From contig OZ059895.1 of the NCBI GenBank assembly GCA_964057225.1, positions 1,178,001-1,242,000 of the forward strand: a stretch of DNA of 64,000 nt. Reading direction: 5' to 3'. Source of the DNA: Auanema rhodensis. Taxonomy: Eukaryota > Animalia > Nematoda. Below the pieces are notes generated by a model, which was given only the letters and a program-made list of their open reading frames with translations, was not told the origin of the DNA and did not search any database. Below, in pieces: positions 43,401 to 57,400 of this stretch (its first letter is position 1; every line of letters starts with the position of its first letter). The position numbers and the translations under genes were made by a program.

Positions 43401-46400
43401 ATTCAACGAAAAAATTAATTCTTCAGGGTGAAAATCGAGGATATAAGTGTGAACATATATCAGTTGATATCTCGGTGCATTTTTAAGCTAGCGCAAATCT
43501 GATAACACAGATCGACGCAGCTTAAAAATCCGCATCGAATGCACTATACTACATCGAGAAACGCTTGATACAAAAATTAGTTATGATCGTTTGAAAAATG
43601 ATGCATTAGTGTATGTTGAGTTTCCATGTACACTCAACATTGCTTCCAAAAACATTTTGACAAAAATTTTTTCGAAAAATTTCAAAATAATTTAGCAAAA
43701 AGTAGATGTTTTTAGATTCCATTTTTCAAGGCAAAGACGATGGACGATGTTATTCAACAAAAAAATTAATTCTTCAGGGTGAAAATCGAGGATATAAGTG
43801 TGAACTTATATCAGTTGATATCTCGGTGCATTTTTAAGCTAGCGCAAATCTGATAACACAGATCGACGCAGCTTAAAAATCCGCATCGAATGCACTATAC
43901 TACATTGAGAAACGCTTATTACACAATTTAGTTATGATTGTTTGAAAAATGATGCATTAGTGTATGTTGAGTTTCCATGTACACTCAACATTGCTTCCAA
44001 AAACATTTTGACAAAAATTTTTTCGAAAAATTTCAAAATAATTTAGCAAAAAGTAGATGTTTTTGGATTCCTTTTTTCAAGGCAAAGACGATGGACAATG
44101 TTATTCAACGAAAAAATTAATTCTTCAGGGTGAAAATCGAGGATATAAGTGTAAACTTATATCAGTTGATATCTCGGTGCATTTTTAAGCTAGCGCAAAT
44201 CTGATAACACAGATCGACGCAGCTTAAAATACCGCATCGAATGCACTATACTACATGGAGAAACGCTTAATACAAAAATTAGTTATGATCGTTTGAAAAA
44301 TGATGCATTAGTGTATGTTGAGTTTCCATGTACACTCAACATTGCTTCCAAAAACATTTTGACAAAAATGTTTTCGAAAAATTTCAAAATAATTTAGCAA
44401 AAAGTAGATGTTTTTGGATTCCTTTTTTCAAGGCAAAGACGATGGACAATGTTATTCAACGAAAAAATTAATTCTTCAGGGTGAAAATCGAGGATATAAG
44501 TGTAAACTTATATCAGTTGATATCTCGGTGCATTTTTAAGCTAGCGCAAATCTGATAACACAGATCGACGCAGCTTAAAATACCGCATCGAATGCACTAT
44601 ACTACATGGAGAAACGCTTAATACAAAAATTAGTTATGATCGTTTGAAAAATGATGCATTAGTGTATGTTGAGTTTCCATGTACACTCAACATTGCTTCC
44701 AAAAACATTTTGACAAAAATTTTTTCGAAAAATTTCAAAATAATTTAGCAAAAAGTAGATGTTTTTAGATTCCTTTTTTCAAGGCAAAGACGATGGACAA
44801 GGTTATTCAACGAAAAAATTAATTCTTCAGGGTGAAAATCGAGGATATAAGTGTGAACTTATATCAGTTGATATCTCGGTGCATTTTTAAGCTAGCGCAA
44901 ATCTGATAACACATATCGACGCAGCTTAAAATACCGCATCGAATGCACTATACTACATGGAGAAACGCTTAATACAAAAATTAGTTATGATCGTTTGAAA
45001 AATGATGCATTAGTGTATGTTGAGTTTCCATGTACACTCAACATTGCTTCCAAAAACATTTTGACAAAAATGTTTTCGAAAAATTTCAAAATAATTTAGC
45101 AAAAAGTAGATGTTTTTGGATTCCTTTTTTCAAGGCAAAGACGATGGACAATGTTATTCAACGAAAAAATTAATTCTTCAGGGTGAAAATCGAGGATATA
45201 AGTGTAAACTTATATCAGTTGATATCTCGGTGCATTTTTAAGCTAGCGCAAATCTGATAACACAGATCGACGCAGCTTAAAATACCGCATCGAATGCACT
45301 ATACTACATGGAGAAACGCTTAATACAAAAATTAGTTATGATCGTTTGAAAAATGATGCATTAGTGTATGTTGAGTTTCCATGTACACTCAACATTGCTT
45401 CCAAAAACATTTTGACAAAAATTTTTTCGAAAAATTTCAAAATAATTTAGCAAAAAGTAGATGTTTTTAGATTCCTTTTTTCAAGGCAAAGACGATGGAC
45501 AAGGTTATTCAACGAAAAAATTAATTCTTCAGGGTGAAAATCGAGGATATAAGTGTGAACTTATATCAGTTGATATCTCGGTGCATTTTTAAGCTAGCGC
45601 AAATCTGATAACACAGATCGACGCAGCTTAAAAATCCGCATCGAATGCACTATACTACATTGAGAAACGCTTAATACAAAAATTAGTTATGATCGTTTGA
45701 AAAATGATGCATTAGTGTATGTTGAGTTTCCATGTACACTCAACATTGCTTCCAAAAACATTTTGACAAAAATTTTTTCGAAAAATTTCAAAATAATTTA
45801 GCAAAAAGTAGATGTTTTTAGATTCCTTTTTTCAAGGCAAAGACGATGGACAAGGTTATTCAACGAAAAAATTAATTCTTCAGGGTGAAAATCGAGGATA
45901 TAAGTGTGAACTTATATCAGTTGATATCTCGGTGCATTTTTAAGCTAGCGCAAATCTGATAACACAGATCGACGCAGCTTAAAAATCCGCATCGAATGCA
46001 CTATACTACATTGAGAAACGCTTAATACAAGAATTAGTTATGATCGTTTGAAAAATGATGCATTAGTGTATGTTGAGTTTCCATGTACACTCAACATTGC
46101 TTCCAAAAACATTTTAACAAAAATTTTTTCGAAAAATTTCAAAATAATTTAGCAAAAAGTAGATGTTTTTGGATTCCTTTTTTCAAGGCAAAGACGATGG
46201 ACAATGTTATTCAACGAAAAAATTAATTCTTCAGGGTGAAAATCGAGGATATAAGTGTGAACTTATATCAGTTGATATCTCGGTGCATTTTTAAGCTAGC
46301 GCAAATCTGATAACACAGATCGACGCAGCTTAAAAATCCGCATCGAATGCACTTTACTACATTGAGAAACGCTTAATACAAAAATTAGTTATGATCGTTT

Positions 46401-48469
46401 GAAAAATGATGCATTAGTGTATGTTGAGTTTCCATGTACACTCAACATTGCTTCCAAAAACATTTTGACAAAAATTTTTTCGAAAAATTTCAAAATAATT
46501 TAGCAAAAAGTAGATGTTTTTGGATTCCTTTTTTCAAGGCAAAGACGATGGACAATGTTATTCAACGAAAAAATTAATTCTTCAGGGTGAAAATCGAGGA
46601 TATAAGTGTGAACTTATATCAGTTGATATCTCGGTGCATTTTTAAGCTAGCGCAAATCTGATAACACAGATCGACGCAGCTTAAAAATCCGCATCGAATG
46701 CACTATACTACATTGAGAAACGCTTAATACAAAAATTAGTTATGATCGTTTGAAAAATGATGCATTAGTGTATGTTGAGTTTCCATGTACACTCAACATT
46801 GCTTCCAAAAACATTTTGACAAAAATTTTTTCGAAAAATTTCAAAATAATTTAGCAAAAAGTAGATGTTTTTAGATTCCTTTTTTCAAGGCAAAGACGAT
46901 GGACAATGTTATTCAACGAAAAAATTAATTCTTCAGGGTGAAAATCGAGGATATAAGTGTGAACTTATATCAGTTGATATCTCGGTGCATTTTTAAGCTA
47001 GCGCAAATCTGATAACACAGATCGACGCAGCTTAAAAATCCGCATCGAATGCACTATACTACATTGAGAAACGCTTAATACAAGAATTAGTTATGATCGT
47101 TTGAAAAATGATGCATTAGTGTATGTTGAGTTTCCATGTACACTCAACATTGCTTCCAAAAACATTTTGACAAAAATTTTTTCGAAAAATTTCAAAATAA
47201 TTTAGCAAAAACTAGATGTTTTTAGATTCCTTTTTTCAAGGCAAAGACGATGGACAATGTTATTCAACGAAAAAATTATTTCTTCAGGGTGAAAATCGAG
47301 GATATAAGTGTGAACTTATATCAGTTGATATATCGGTGCATTTTTAAGCTAGCGCAAATCTGATAACACAGATCGACGCAGCTTAAAATACCGCATCGAA
47401 TGCACTATACTACATTGAGAAACGCTTAATACAAAAATTAGTTATGATCGTTTGAAAAATGATGCATTAGTGTATGTTGAGTTTCCATGTACACTCAACA
47501 TTGCTTCCAAAAACATTTTGACAAAAATTTTTTCGAAAAATTTCAAAATAATTTAGCAAAAAGTAGATGTTTTTAGATTCCTTTTTTCAAGGCAAAGACG
47601 ATGGACAATGTTATTCAACGAAAAAATTAATTCTTCAGGGTGAAAATCGAGGATATAAGTGTGAACTTATATCAGTTGATATCTCGGTGCATTTTTAAGC
47701 TAGCGCAAATCTGATAACACAGATCGACGCAGCTTAAAAATCCGCATCGAATGCACTATACTACATTGAGAAACGCTTAATACAAAAATTAGTTATGATC
47801 GTTTGAAAAATGATGCATTAGTGTATGTTGAGTTTCCATGTACACTCAACATTGCTTCCAAAAACATTTTGACAAAAATTTTTTCGAAAAATTTCAAAAT
47901 AATTTAGCAAAAAGTAGATGTTTTTAGATTCCTTTTTTCAAGGCAAAGACGATGGACAATGTTATTCAACGAAAAAATTAATTCTTCAGGGTGAAAATCG
48001 AGGATATAAGTGTGAACTTATATCAGTTGATATCTCGGTGCATTTTTAAGCTAGCGCAAATCTGATAACACAGATCGACGCAGCTTAAAAATCCGCATCG
48101 AATGCACTATACTACATTGAGAAACGCTTAATACAAGAATTAGTTATGATCGTTTGAAAAATGATGCATTAGTGTATGTTGAGTTTCCATGTACACTCAA
48201 CATTGCTTCCAAAAACATTTTGACAAAAATTTTTTCGAAAAATTTCAAAATAATTTAGCAAAAAGTAGATGTTTTTAGATTCCTTTTTTCAAGGCAAAGA
48301 CGATGGACAATGTTATTCAACGAAAAAATTATTTCTTCAGGGTGAAAATCGAGGATATAAGTGTGAACTTATATCAGTTGATATATCGGTGCATTTTTAA
48401 GCTAGCGCAAATCTGATAACACAGATCGACGCAGCTTAAAATACCGCATCGAATGCACTATACTACATT
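28424..48469 (-). repeat. Satellite block R, reverse-complement orientation, ~57 monomers (20 kb)
   Basis: Reads GTTATTCAACGAAA..., the reverse complement of the monomer. AGCTTAAAA at 28424 and 48433 are 20009 bp apart = 57x351 + 2 (two +A insertions, ~34820 and ~36575). Confidence 0.98.
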
Positions 48470-48485
48470 CGAAAAAATTTTTGTC
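48449..48485. other. Right strand-switch junction (divergent, reverse to forward)
   Basis: ...CTATACTACA[TT]CGAAAAAATTTTTGTC...: reverse ends at monomer position 208, forward resumes at 87, with TT shared at 48468-48469. Confidence 0.96.
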
Positions 48486-51400
48486 AAAATGTTTTTGGAA
48501 GCAATGTTGAGTGTACATGGAAACTCAACATACACTAATGCATCATTTTTCAAACGATCATAACTAATTTTTGTATTAAGCGTTTCTCAATGTAGTATAG
48601 TGCATTCGATGCGGATTTTTAAGCTGCGTCGATCTGTGTTATCAGATTTGCGCTAGCTTAAAAATGCACCGATATATCAACTGATATAAGTTCACACTTA
48701 TATCCTCGATTTTCACCCTGAAGAAATAATTTTTTCGTTGAATAACATTGTCCATCGTCTTTGCCTTGAAAAAAGGAATCTAAAAACATCTACTTTTTGC
48801 TAAATTATTTTGAAATTTTTCGAAAAAATTTTTGTCAAAATGTTTTTGGAAGCAATGTTGAGTGTACATGGAAACTCAACATACACTAATGCATCATTTT
48901 TCAAACGATCATAACTAATTCTTGTATTAAGCGTTTCTCAATGTAGTATAGTGCATTCGATGCGGATTTTTAAGCTGCGTCGATCTGTGTTATCAGATTT
49001 GCGCTAGCTTAAAAATGCACCGAGATATCAACTGATATAAGTTCACACTTATATCCTCGATTTTCACCCTGAAGAATTAATTTTTTCGTTGAATAACATT
49101 GTCCATCGTCTTTGCCTTGAAAAAAGGAATCTAAAAACATCTACTTTTTGCTAAATTATTTTGAAATTTTTCGAAAAAATTTTTGTCAAAATGTTTTTGG
49201 AAGCAATGTTGAGTGTACATGGAAACTCAACATACACTAATGCATCATTTTTCAAACGATCATAACTAATTTTTGTATTAAGCGTTTCTCAATGTAGTAT
49301 AGTGCATTCGATGCGGATTTTTAAGCTGCGTCGATCTGTGTTATCAGATTTGCGCTAGCTTAAAAATGCACCGAGATATCAACTGATATAAGTTCACACT
49401 TATATCCTCGATTTTCACCCTGAAGAATTAATTTTTTCGTTGAATAACATTGTCCATCGTCTTTGCCTTGAAAAAAGGAATCTAAAAACATCTACTTTTT
49501 GCTAAATTATTTTGAAATTTTTCGAAAAAATTTTTGTCAAAATGTTTTTGGAAGCAATGTTGAGTGTACATGGAAACTCAACATACACTAATGCATCATT
49601 TTTCAAACGATCATAACTAATTTTTGTATTAAGCGTTTCTCAATGTAGTATAGTGCATTCGATGCGGATTTTTAAGCTGCGTCGATCTGTGTTATCAGAT
49701 TTGCGCTAGCTTAAAAATGCACCGATATATCAACTGATATAAGTTCACACTTATATCCTCGATTTTCACCCTGAAGAAATAATTTTTTCGTTGAATAACA
49801 TTGTCCATCGTCTTTGCCTTGAAAAAAGGAATCTAAAAACATCTACTTTTTGCTAAATTATTTTGAAATTTTTCGAAAAAATTTTTGTCAAAATGTTTTT
49901 GGAAGCAATGTTGAGTGTACATGGAAACTCAACATACACTAATGCATCATTTTTCAAACGATCATAACTAATTCTTGTATTAAGCGTTTCTCAATGTAGT
50001 ATAGTGCATTCGATGCGGATTTTTAAGCTGCGTCGATCTGTGTTATCAGATTTGCGCTAGCTTAAAAATGCACCGAGATATCAACTGATATAAGTTCACA
50101 CTTATATCCTCGATTTTCACCCTGAAGAATTAATTTTTTCGTTGAATAACATTGTCCATCGTCTTTGCCTTGAAAAAAGGAATCTAAAAACATCTACTTT
50201 TTGCTAAATTATTTTGAAATTTTTCGAAAAAATTTTTGTCAAAATGTTTTTGGAAGCAATGTTGAGTGTACATGGAAACTCAACATACACTAATGCATCA
50301 TTTTTCAAACGATCATAACTAATTTTTGTATTAAGCGTTTCTCAATGTAGTATAGTGCATTCGATGCGGATTTTTAAGCTGCGTCGATCTGTGTTATCAG
50401 ATTTGCGCTAGCTTAAAAATGCACCGAGATATCAACTGATATAAGTTCACACTTATATCCTCGATTTTCACCCTGAAGAATTAATTTTTTCGTTGAATAA
50501 CATTGTCCATCGTCTTTGCCTTGAAAAAAGGAATCTAAAAACATCTACTTTTTGCTAAATTATTTTGAAATTTTTCGAAAAAATTTTTGTCAAAATGTTT
50601 TTGGAAGCAATGTTGAGTGTACATGGAAACTCAACATACACTAATGCATCATTTTTCAAACGATCATAACTAATTTTTGTATTAAGCGTTTCTCAATGTA
50701 GTATAGTGCATTCGATGCGGTATTTTAAGCTGCGTCGATCTGTGTTATCAGATTTGCGCTAGCTTAAAAATGCACCGATATATCAACTGATATAAGTTCA
50801 CACTTATATCCTCGATTTTCACCCTGAAGAAATAATTTTTTCGTTGAATAACATTGTCCATCGTCTTTGCCTTGAAAAAAGGAATCTAAAAACATCTAGT
50901 TTTTGCTAAATTATTTTGAAATTTTTCGAAAAAATTTTTGTCAAAATGTTTTTGGAAGCAATGTTGAGTGTACATGGAAACTCAACATACACTAATGCAT
51001 CATTTTTCAAACGATCATAACTAATTCTTGTATTAAGCGTTTCTCAATGTAGTAAAGTGCATTCGATGCGGATTTTTAAGCTGCGTCGATCTGTGTTATC
51101 AGATTTGCGCTAGCTTAAAAATGCACCGAGATATCAACTGATATAAGTTCACACTTATATCCTCGATTTTCACCCTGAAGAATTAATTTTTTCGTTGAAT
51201 AACATTGTCCATCGTCTTTGCCTTGAAAAAAGGAATCTAAAAACATCTACTTTTTGCTAAATTATTTTGAAATTTTTCGAAAAAATTTTTGTCAAAATGT
51301 TTTTGGAAGCAATGTTGAGTGTACATGGAAACTCAACATACACTAATGCATCATTTTTCAAACGATCATAACTAATTTTTGTATTAAGCGTTTCTCAATG

Positions 51401-54400
51401 TAGTATAGTGCATTCGATGCGGATTTTTAAGCTGCGTCGATCTGTGTTATCAGATTTGCGCTAGCTTAAAAATGCACCGAGATATCAACTGATATAAGTT
51501 CACACTTATATCCTCGATTTTCACCCTGAAGAATTAATTTTTTCGTTGAATAACATTGTCCATCGTCTTTGCCTTGAAAAAAGGAATCCAAAAACATCTA
51601 CTTTTTGCTAAATTATTTTGAAATTTTTCGAAAAAATTTTTGTCAAAATGTTTTTGGAAGCAATGTTGAGTGTACATGGAAACTCAACATACACTAATGC
51701 ATCATTTTTCAAACGATCATAACTAATTTTTGTATTAAGCGTTTCTCAATGTAGTATAGTGCATTCGATGCGGATTTTTAAGCTGCGTCGATCTGTGTTA
51801 TCAGATTTGCGCTAGCTTAAAAATGCACCGAGATATCAACTGATATATGTTCACACTTATATCCTCGATTTTCACCCTGAAGAATTAATTTTTTCGTTGA
51901 ATAACATTGTCCATCGTCTTTGCCTTGAAAAAAGGAATCTAAAAACATCTACTTTTTGCTAAATTATTTTGAAATTTTTCGAAAAAATTTTTGTCAAAAT
52001 GTTTTTGGAAGCAATGTTGAGTGTACATGGAAACTCAACATACACTAATGCATCATTTTTCAAACGATCATAACTAATTTTTGTATTAAGCGTTTCTCAA
52101 TGTAGTATAGTGCATTCGATGCGGATTTTTAAGCTGCGTCGATCTGTGTTATCAGATTTGCGCTAGCTTAAAAATGCACCGAGATATCAACTGATATAAG
52201 TTCACACTTATATCCTCGATTTTCACCCTGAAGAATTAATTTTTTCGTTGAATAACATTGTCCATCGTCTTTGCCTTGAAAAAAGGAATCCAAAAACATC
52301 TACTTTTTGCTAAATTATTTTGAAATTTTTCGAAAAAATTTTTGTCAAAATGTTTTTGGAAGCAATGTTGAGTGTACATGGAAACTCAACATACACTAAT
52401 GCATCATTTTTCAAACGATCATAACTAATTTTTGTATTAAGCGTTTCTCAATGTAGTATAGTGCATTCGATGCGGATTTTTAAGCTGCGTCGATCTGTGT
52501 TATCAGATTTGCGCTAGCTTAAAAATGCACCGAGATATCAACTGATATAAGTTCACACTTATATCCTCGATTTTCACCCTGAAGAATTAATTTTTTCGTT
52601 GAATAACATTGTCCATCGTCTTTGCCTTGAAAAAAGGAATCTAAAAACATCTACTTTTTGCTAAATTATTTTGAAATTTTTCGAAAAAATTTTTGTCAAA
52701 ATGTTTTTGGAAGCAATGTTGAGTGTACATGGAAACTCAACATACACTAATGCATCATTTTTCAAACGATCATAACTAATTTTTGTATTAAGCGTTTCTC
52801 AATGTAGTATAGTGCATTCGACGCGGATTTTTAAGCTGCGTCGATCTGTGTTATCAGATTTGCGCTAGCTTAAAAATGCACCGAGATATCAACTGATATA
52901 AGTTCACACTTATATCCTCGATTTTCACCCTGAAGAATTAATTTTTTCGTTGAATAACATTGTCCATCGTCTTTGCCTTAAAAAAAGGAATCTAAAAACA
53001 TCTACTTTTTGCTAAATTATTTTGAAATTTTTCGAAAAAATTTTTGTCAAAATGTTTTTGGAAGCAATGTTGAGTGTACATGGAAACTCAACATACACTA
53101 ATGCATCATTTTTCAAACGATCATAACTAATTTTTGTATTAAGCGTTTCTCCATGTAGTATAGTGCATTCGATGCGGTATTTTAAGCTGCGTCGATCTGT
53201 GTTATCAGATTTGCGCTAGCTTAAAAATGCACCGAGATATCAACTGATATAAGTTCACACTTATATCCTCGATTTTCACCCTGAAGAATTAATTTTTTCG
53301 TTGAATAACATTGTCCATCGTCTTTGCCTTGAAAAAAGGAATCTAAAAACATCTACTTTTTGCTAAATTATTTTGAAATTTTTCGAAAAAATTTTTGTCA
53401 AAATGTTTTTGGAAGCAATGTTGAGTGTACATGGAAACTCAACATACACTAATGCATCATTTTTCAAACGATCATAACTAATTCTTGTATTAAGCGTTTC
53501 TCAATGTAGTATAGTGCATTCGATGCGGATTTTTAAGCTGCGTCGATCTGTGTTATCAGATTTGCGCTAGCTTAAAAATGCACCGAGATATCAACTGATA
53601 TAAGTTCACACTTATATCCTCGATTTTCACCCTGAAGAAATAATTTTTTCGTTGAATAACATTGTCCATCGTCTTTGCCTTGAAAAAAGGAATCTAAAAA
53701 CATCTAGTTTTTGCTAAATTATTTTGAAATTTTTCGAAAAAATTTTTGTCAAAATGTTTTTGGAAGCAATGTTGAGTGTACATGGAAACTCAACATACAC
53801 TAATGCATCATTTTTCAAACGATCATAACTAATTCTTGTATTAAGCGTTTCTCAATGTAGTATAGTGCATTCGATGCGGATTTTTAAGCTGCGTCGATCT
53901 GTGTTATCAGATTTGCGCTAGCTTAAAAATGCACCGAGATATCAACTGATATAAGTTCACACTTATATCCTCGATTTTCACCCTGAAGAATTAATTTTTT
54001 CGTTGAATAACATTGTCCATCGTCTTTGCCTTGAAAAAAGGAATCTAAAAACATCTACTTTTTGCTAAATTATTTTGAAATTTTTCGAAAAAATTTTTGT
54101 CAAAATGTTTTTGGAAGCAATGTTGAGTGTACATGGAAACTCAACATACACTAATGCATCATTTTTCAAACGATCATAACTAATTTTTGTATTAAGCGTT
54201 TCTCAATGTAGTATAGTGCATACGATGCGGATTTTTAAGCTGCGTCGATCTGTGTTATCAGATTTGCGCTAGCTTAAAAATGCACCGAGATATCAACTGA
54301 TATAAGTTCACACTTATATCCTCGATTTTCACCCTGAAGAATTAATTTTTTCGTTGAATAACATTGTCCATCGTCTTTGCCTTGAAAAAAGGAATCCAAA

Positions 54401-57400
54401 AACATCTACTTTTTGCTAAATTATTTTGAAATTTTTCGAAAAAATTTTTGTCAAAATGTTTTTGGAAGCAATGTTGAGTGTACATGGAAACTCAACATAC
54501 ACTAATGCATCATTTTTCAAACGATCATAACTAATTTTTGTATTAAGCGTTTCTCAATGTAGTATAGTGCATTCGATGCGGATTTTTAAGCTGCGTCGAT
54601 CTGTGTTATCAGATTTGCGCTAGCTTAAAAATGCACCGAGATATCAACTGATATATGTTCACACTTATATCCTCGATTTTCACCCTGAAGAATTAATTTT
54701 TTCGTTGAATAACATTGTCCATCGTCTTTGCCTTGAAAAAAGGAATCTAAAAACATCTACTTTTTGCTAAATTATTTTGAAATTTTTCGAAAAAATTTTT
54801 GTCAAAATGTTTTTGGAAGCAATGTTGAGTGTACATGGAAACTCAACATACACTAATGCATCATTTTTCAAACGATCATAACTAATTTTTGTATTAAGCG
54901 TTTCTCAATGTAGTATAGTGCATTCGATGCGGATTTTTAAGCTGCGTCGATCTGTGTTATCAGATTTGCGCTAGCTTAAAAATGCACCGAGATATCAACT
55001 GATATAAGTTCACACTTATATCCTCGATTTTCACCCTGAAGAATTAATTTTTTCGTTGAATAACATTGTCCATCGTCTTTGCCTTGAAAAAAGGAATCCA
55101 AAAACATCTACTTTTTGCTAAATTATTTTGAAATTTTTCGAAAAAATTTTTGTCAAAATGTTTTTGGAAGCAATGTTGAGTGTACATGGAAACTCAACAT
55201 ACACTAATGCATCATTTTTCAAACGATCATAACTAATTTTTGTATTAAGCGTTTCTCAATGTAGTATAGTGCATTCGATGCGGATTTTTAAGCTGCGTCG
55301 ATCTGTGTTATCAGATTTGCGCTAGCTTAAAAATGCACCGAGATATCAACTGATATATGTTCACACTTATATCCTCGATTTTCACCCTGAAGAATTAATT
55401 TTTTCGTTGAATAACATTGTCCATCGTCTTTGCCTTGAAAAAAGGAATCTAAAAACATCTACTTTTTGCTAAATTATTTTGAAATTTTTCGAAAAAATTT
55501 TTGTCAAAATGTTTTTGGAAGCAATGTTGAGTGTACATGGAAACTCAACATACACTAATGCATCATTTTTCAAACGATCATAACTAATTTTTGTATTAAG
55601 CGTTTCTCAATGTAGTATAGTGCATTCGATGCGGATTTTTAAGCTGCGTCGATCTGTGTTATCAGATTTGCGCTAGCTTAAAAATGCACCGAGATATCAA
55701 CTGATATAAGTTCACACTTATATCCTCGATTTTCACCCTGAAGAATTAATTTTTTCGTTGAATAACATTGTCCATCGTCTTTGCCTTGAAAAAAGGAATC
55801 CAAAAACATCTACTTTTTGCTAAATTATTTTGAAATTTTTCGAAAAAATTTTTGTCAAAATGTTTTTGGAAGCAATGTTGAGTGTACATGGAAACTCAAC
55901 ATACACTAATGCATCATTTTTCAAACGATCATAACTAATTTTTGTATTAAGCGTTTCTCAATGTAGTATAGTGCATACGATGCGGATTTTTAAGCTGCGT
56001 CGATCTGTGTTATCAGATTTGCGCTAGCTTAAAAATGCACCGAGATATCAACTGATATAAGTTCACACTTATATCCTCGATTTTCACCCTGAAGAATTAA
56101 TTTTTTCGTTGAATAACATTGTCCATCGTCTTTGCCTTGAAAAAAGGAATCCAAAAACATCTACTTTTTGCTAAATTATTTTGAAATTTTTCGAAAAAAT
56201 TTTTGTCAAAATGTTTTTGGAAGCAATGTTGAGTGTACATGGAAACTCAACATACACTAATGCATCATTTTTCAAACGATCATAACTAATTTTTGTATTA
56301 AGCGTTTCTCAATGTAGTATAGTGCATTCGATGCGGATTTTTAAGCTGCGTCGATCTGTGTTATCAGATTTGCGCTAGCTTAAAAATGCACCGAGATATC
56401 AACTGATATATGTTCACACTTATATCCTCGATTTTCACCCTGAAGAATTAATTTTTTCGTTGAATAACATTGTCCATCGTCTTTGCCTTGAAAAAAGGAA
56501 TCTAAAAACATCTACTTTTTGCTAAATTATTTTGAAATTTTTCGAAAAAATTTTTGTCAAAATGTTTTTGGAAGCAATGTTGAGTGTACATGGAAACTCA
56601 ACATACACTAATGCATCATTTTTCAAACGATCATAACTAATTTTTGTATTAAGCGTTTCTCAATGTAGTATAGTGCATTCGATGCGGATTTTTAAGCTGC
56701 GTCGATCTGTGTTATCAGATTTGCGCTAGCTTAAAAATGCACCGAGATATCAACTGATATAAGTTCACACTTATATCCTCGATTTTCACCCTGAAGAATT
56801 AATTTTTTCGTTGAATAACATTGTCCATCGTCTTTGCCTTGAAAAAAGGAATCCAAAAACATCTACTTTTTGCTAAATTATTTTGAAATTTTTCGAAAAA
56901 ATTTTTGTCAAAATGTTTTTGGAAGCAATGTTGAGTGTACATGGAAACTCAACATACACTAATGCATCATTTTTCAAACGATCATAACTAATTTTTGTAT
57001 TAAGCGTTTCTCAATGTAGTATAGTGCATTCGATGCGGATTTTTAAGCTGCGTCGATCTGTGTTATCAGATTTGCGCTAGCTTAAAAATGCACCGAGATA
57101 TCAACTGATATAAGTTCACACTTATATCCTCGATTTTCACCCTGAAGAATTAATTTTTTCGTTGAATAACATTGTCCATCGTCTTTGCCTTGAAAAAAGG
57201 AATCTAAAAACATCTACTTTTTGCTAAATTATTTTGAAATTTTTCGAAAAAATTTTTGTCAAAATGTTTTTGGAAGCAATGTTGAGTGTACATGGAAACT
57301 CAACATACACTAATGCATCATTTTTCAAACGATCATAACTAATTTTTGTATTAAGCGTTTCTCAATGTAGTATAGTGCATTCGACGCGGATTTTTAAGCT

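Noticed and set aside
28424-48469. Recombinase-mediated invertible segment or inserted transposon
   Set aside because: The breakpoints are non-reciprocal, with no target-site duplication, no dedicated recombination sites and no foreign sequence.
28424-48469. Chimeric fold-back read or assembly artefact
   Set aside because: The arms differ in monomer number and carry private SNPs, which a read-level fold-back would not produce. It is not fully excluded without raw reads.
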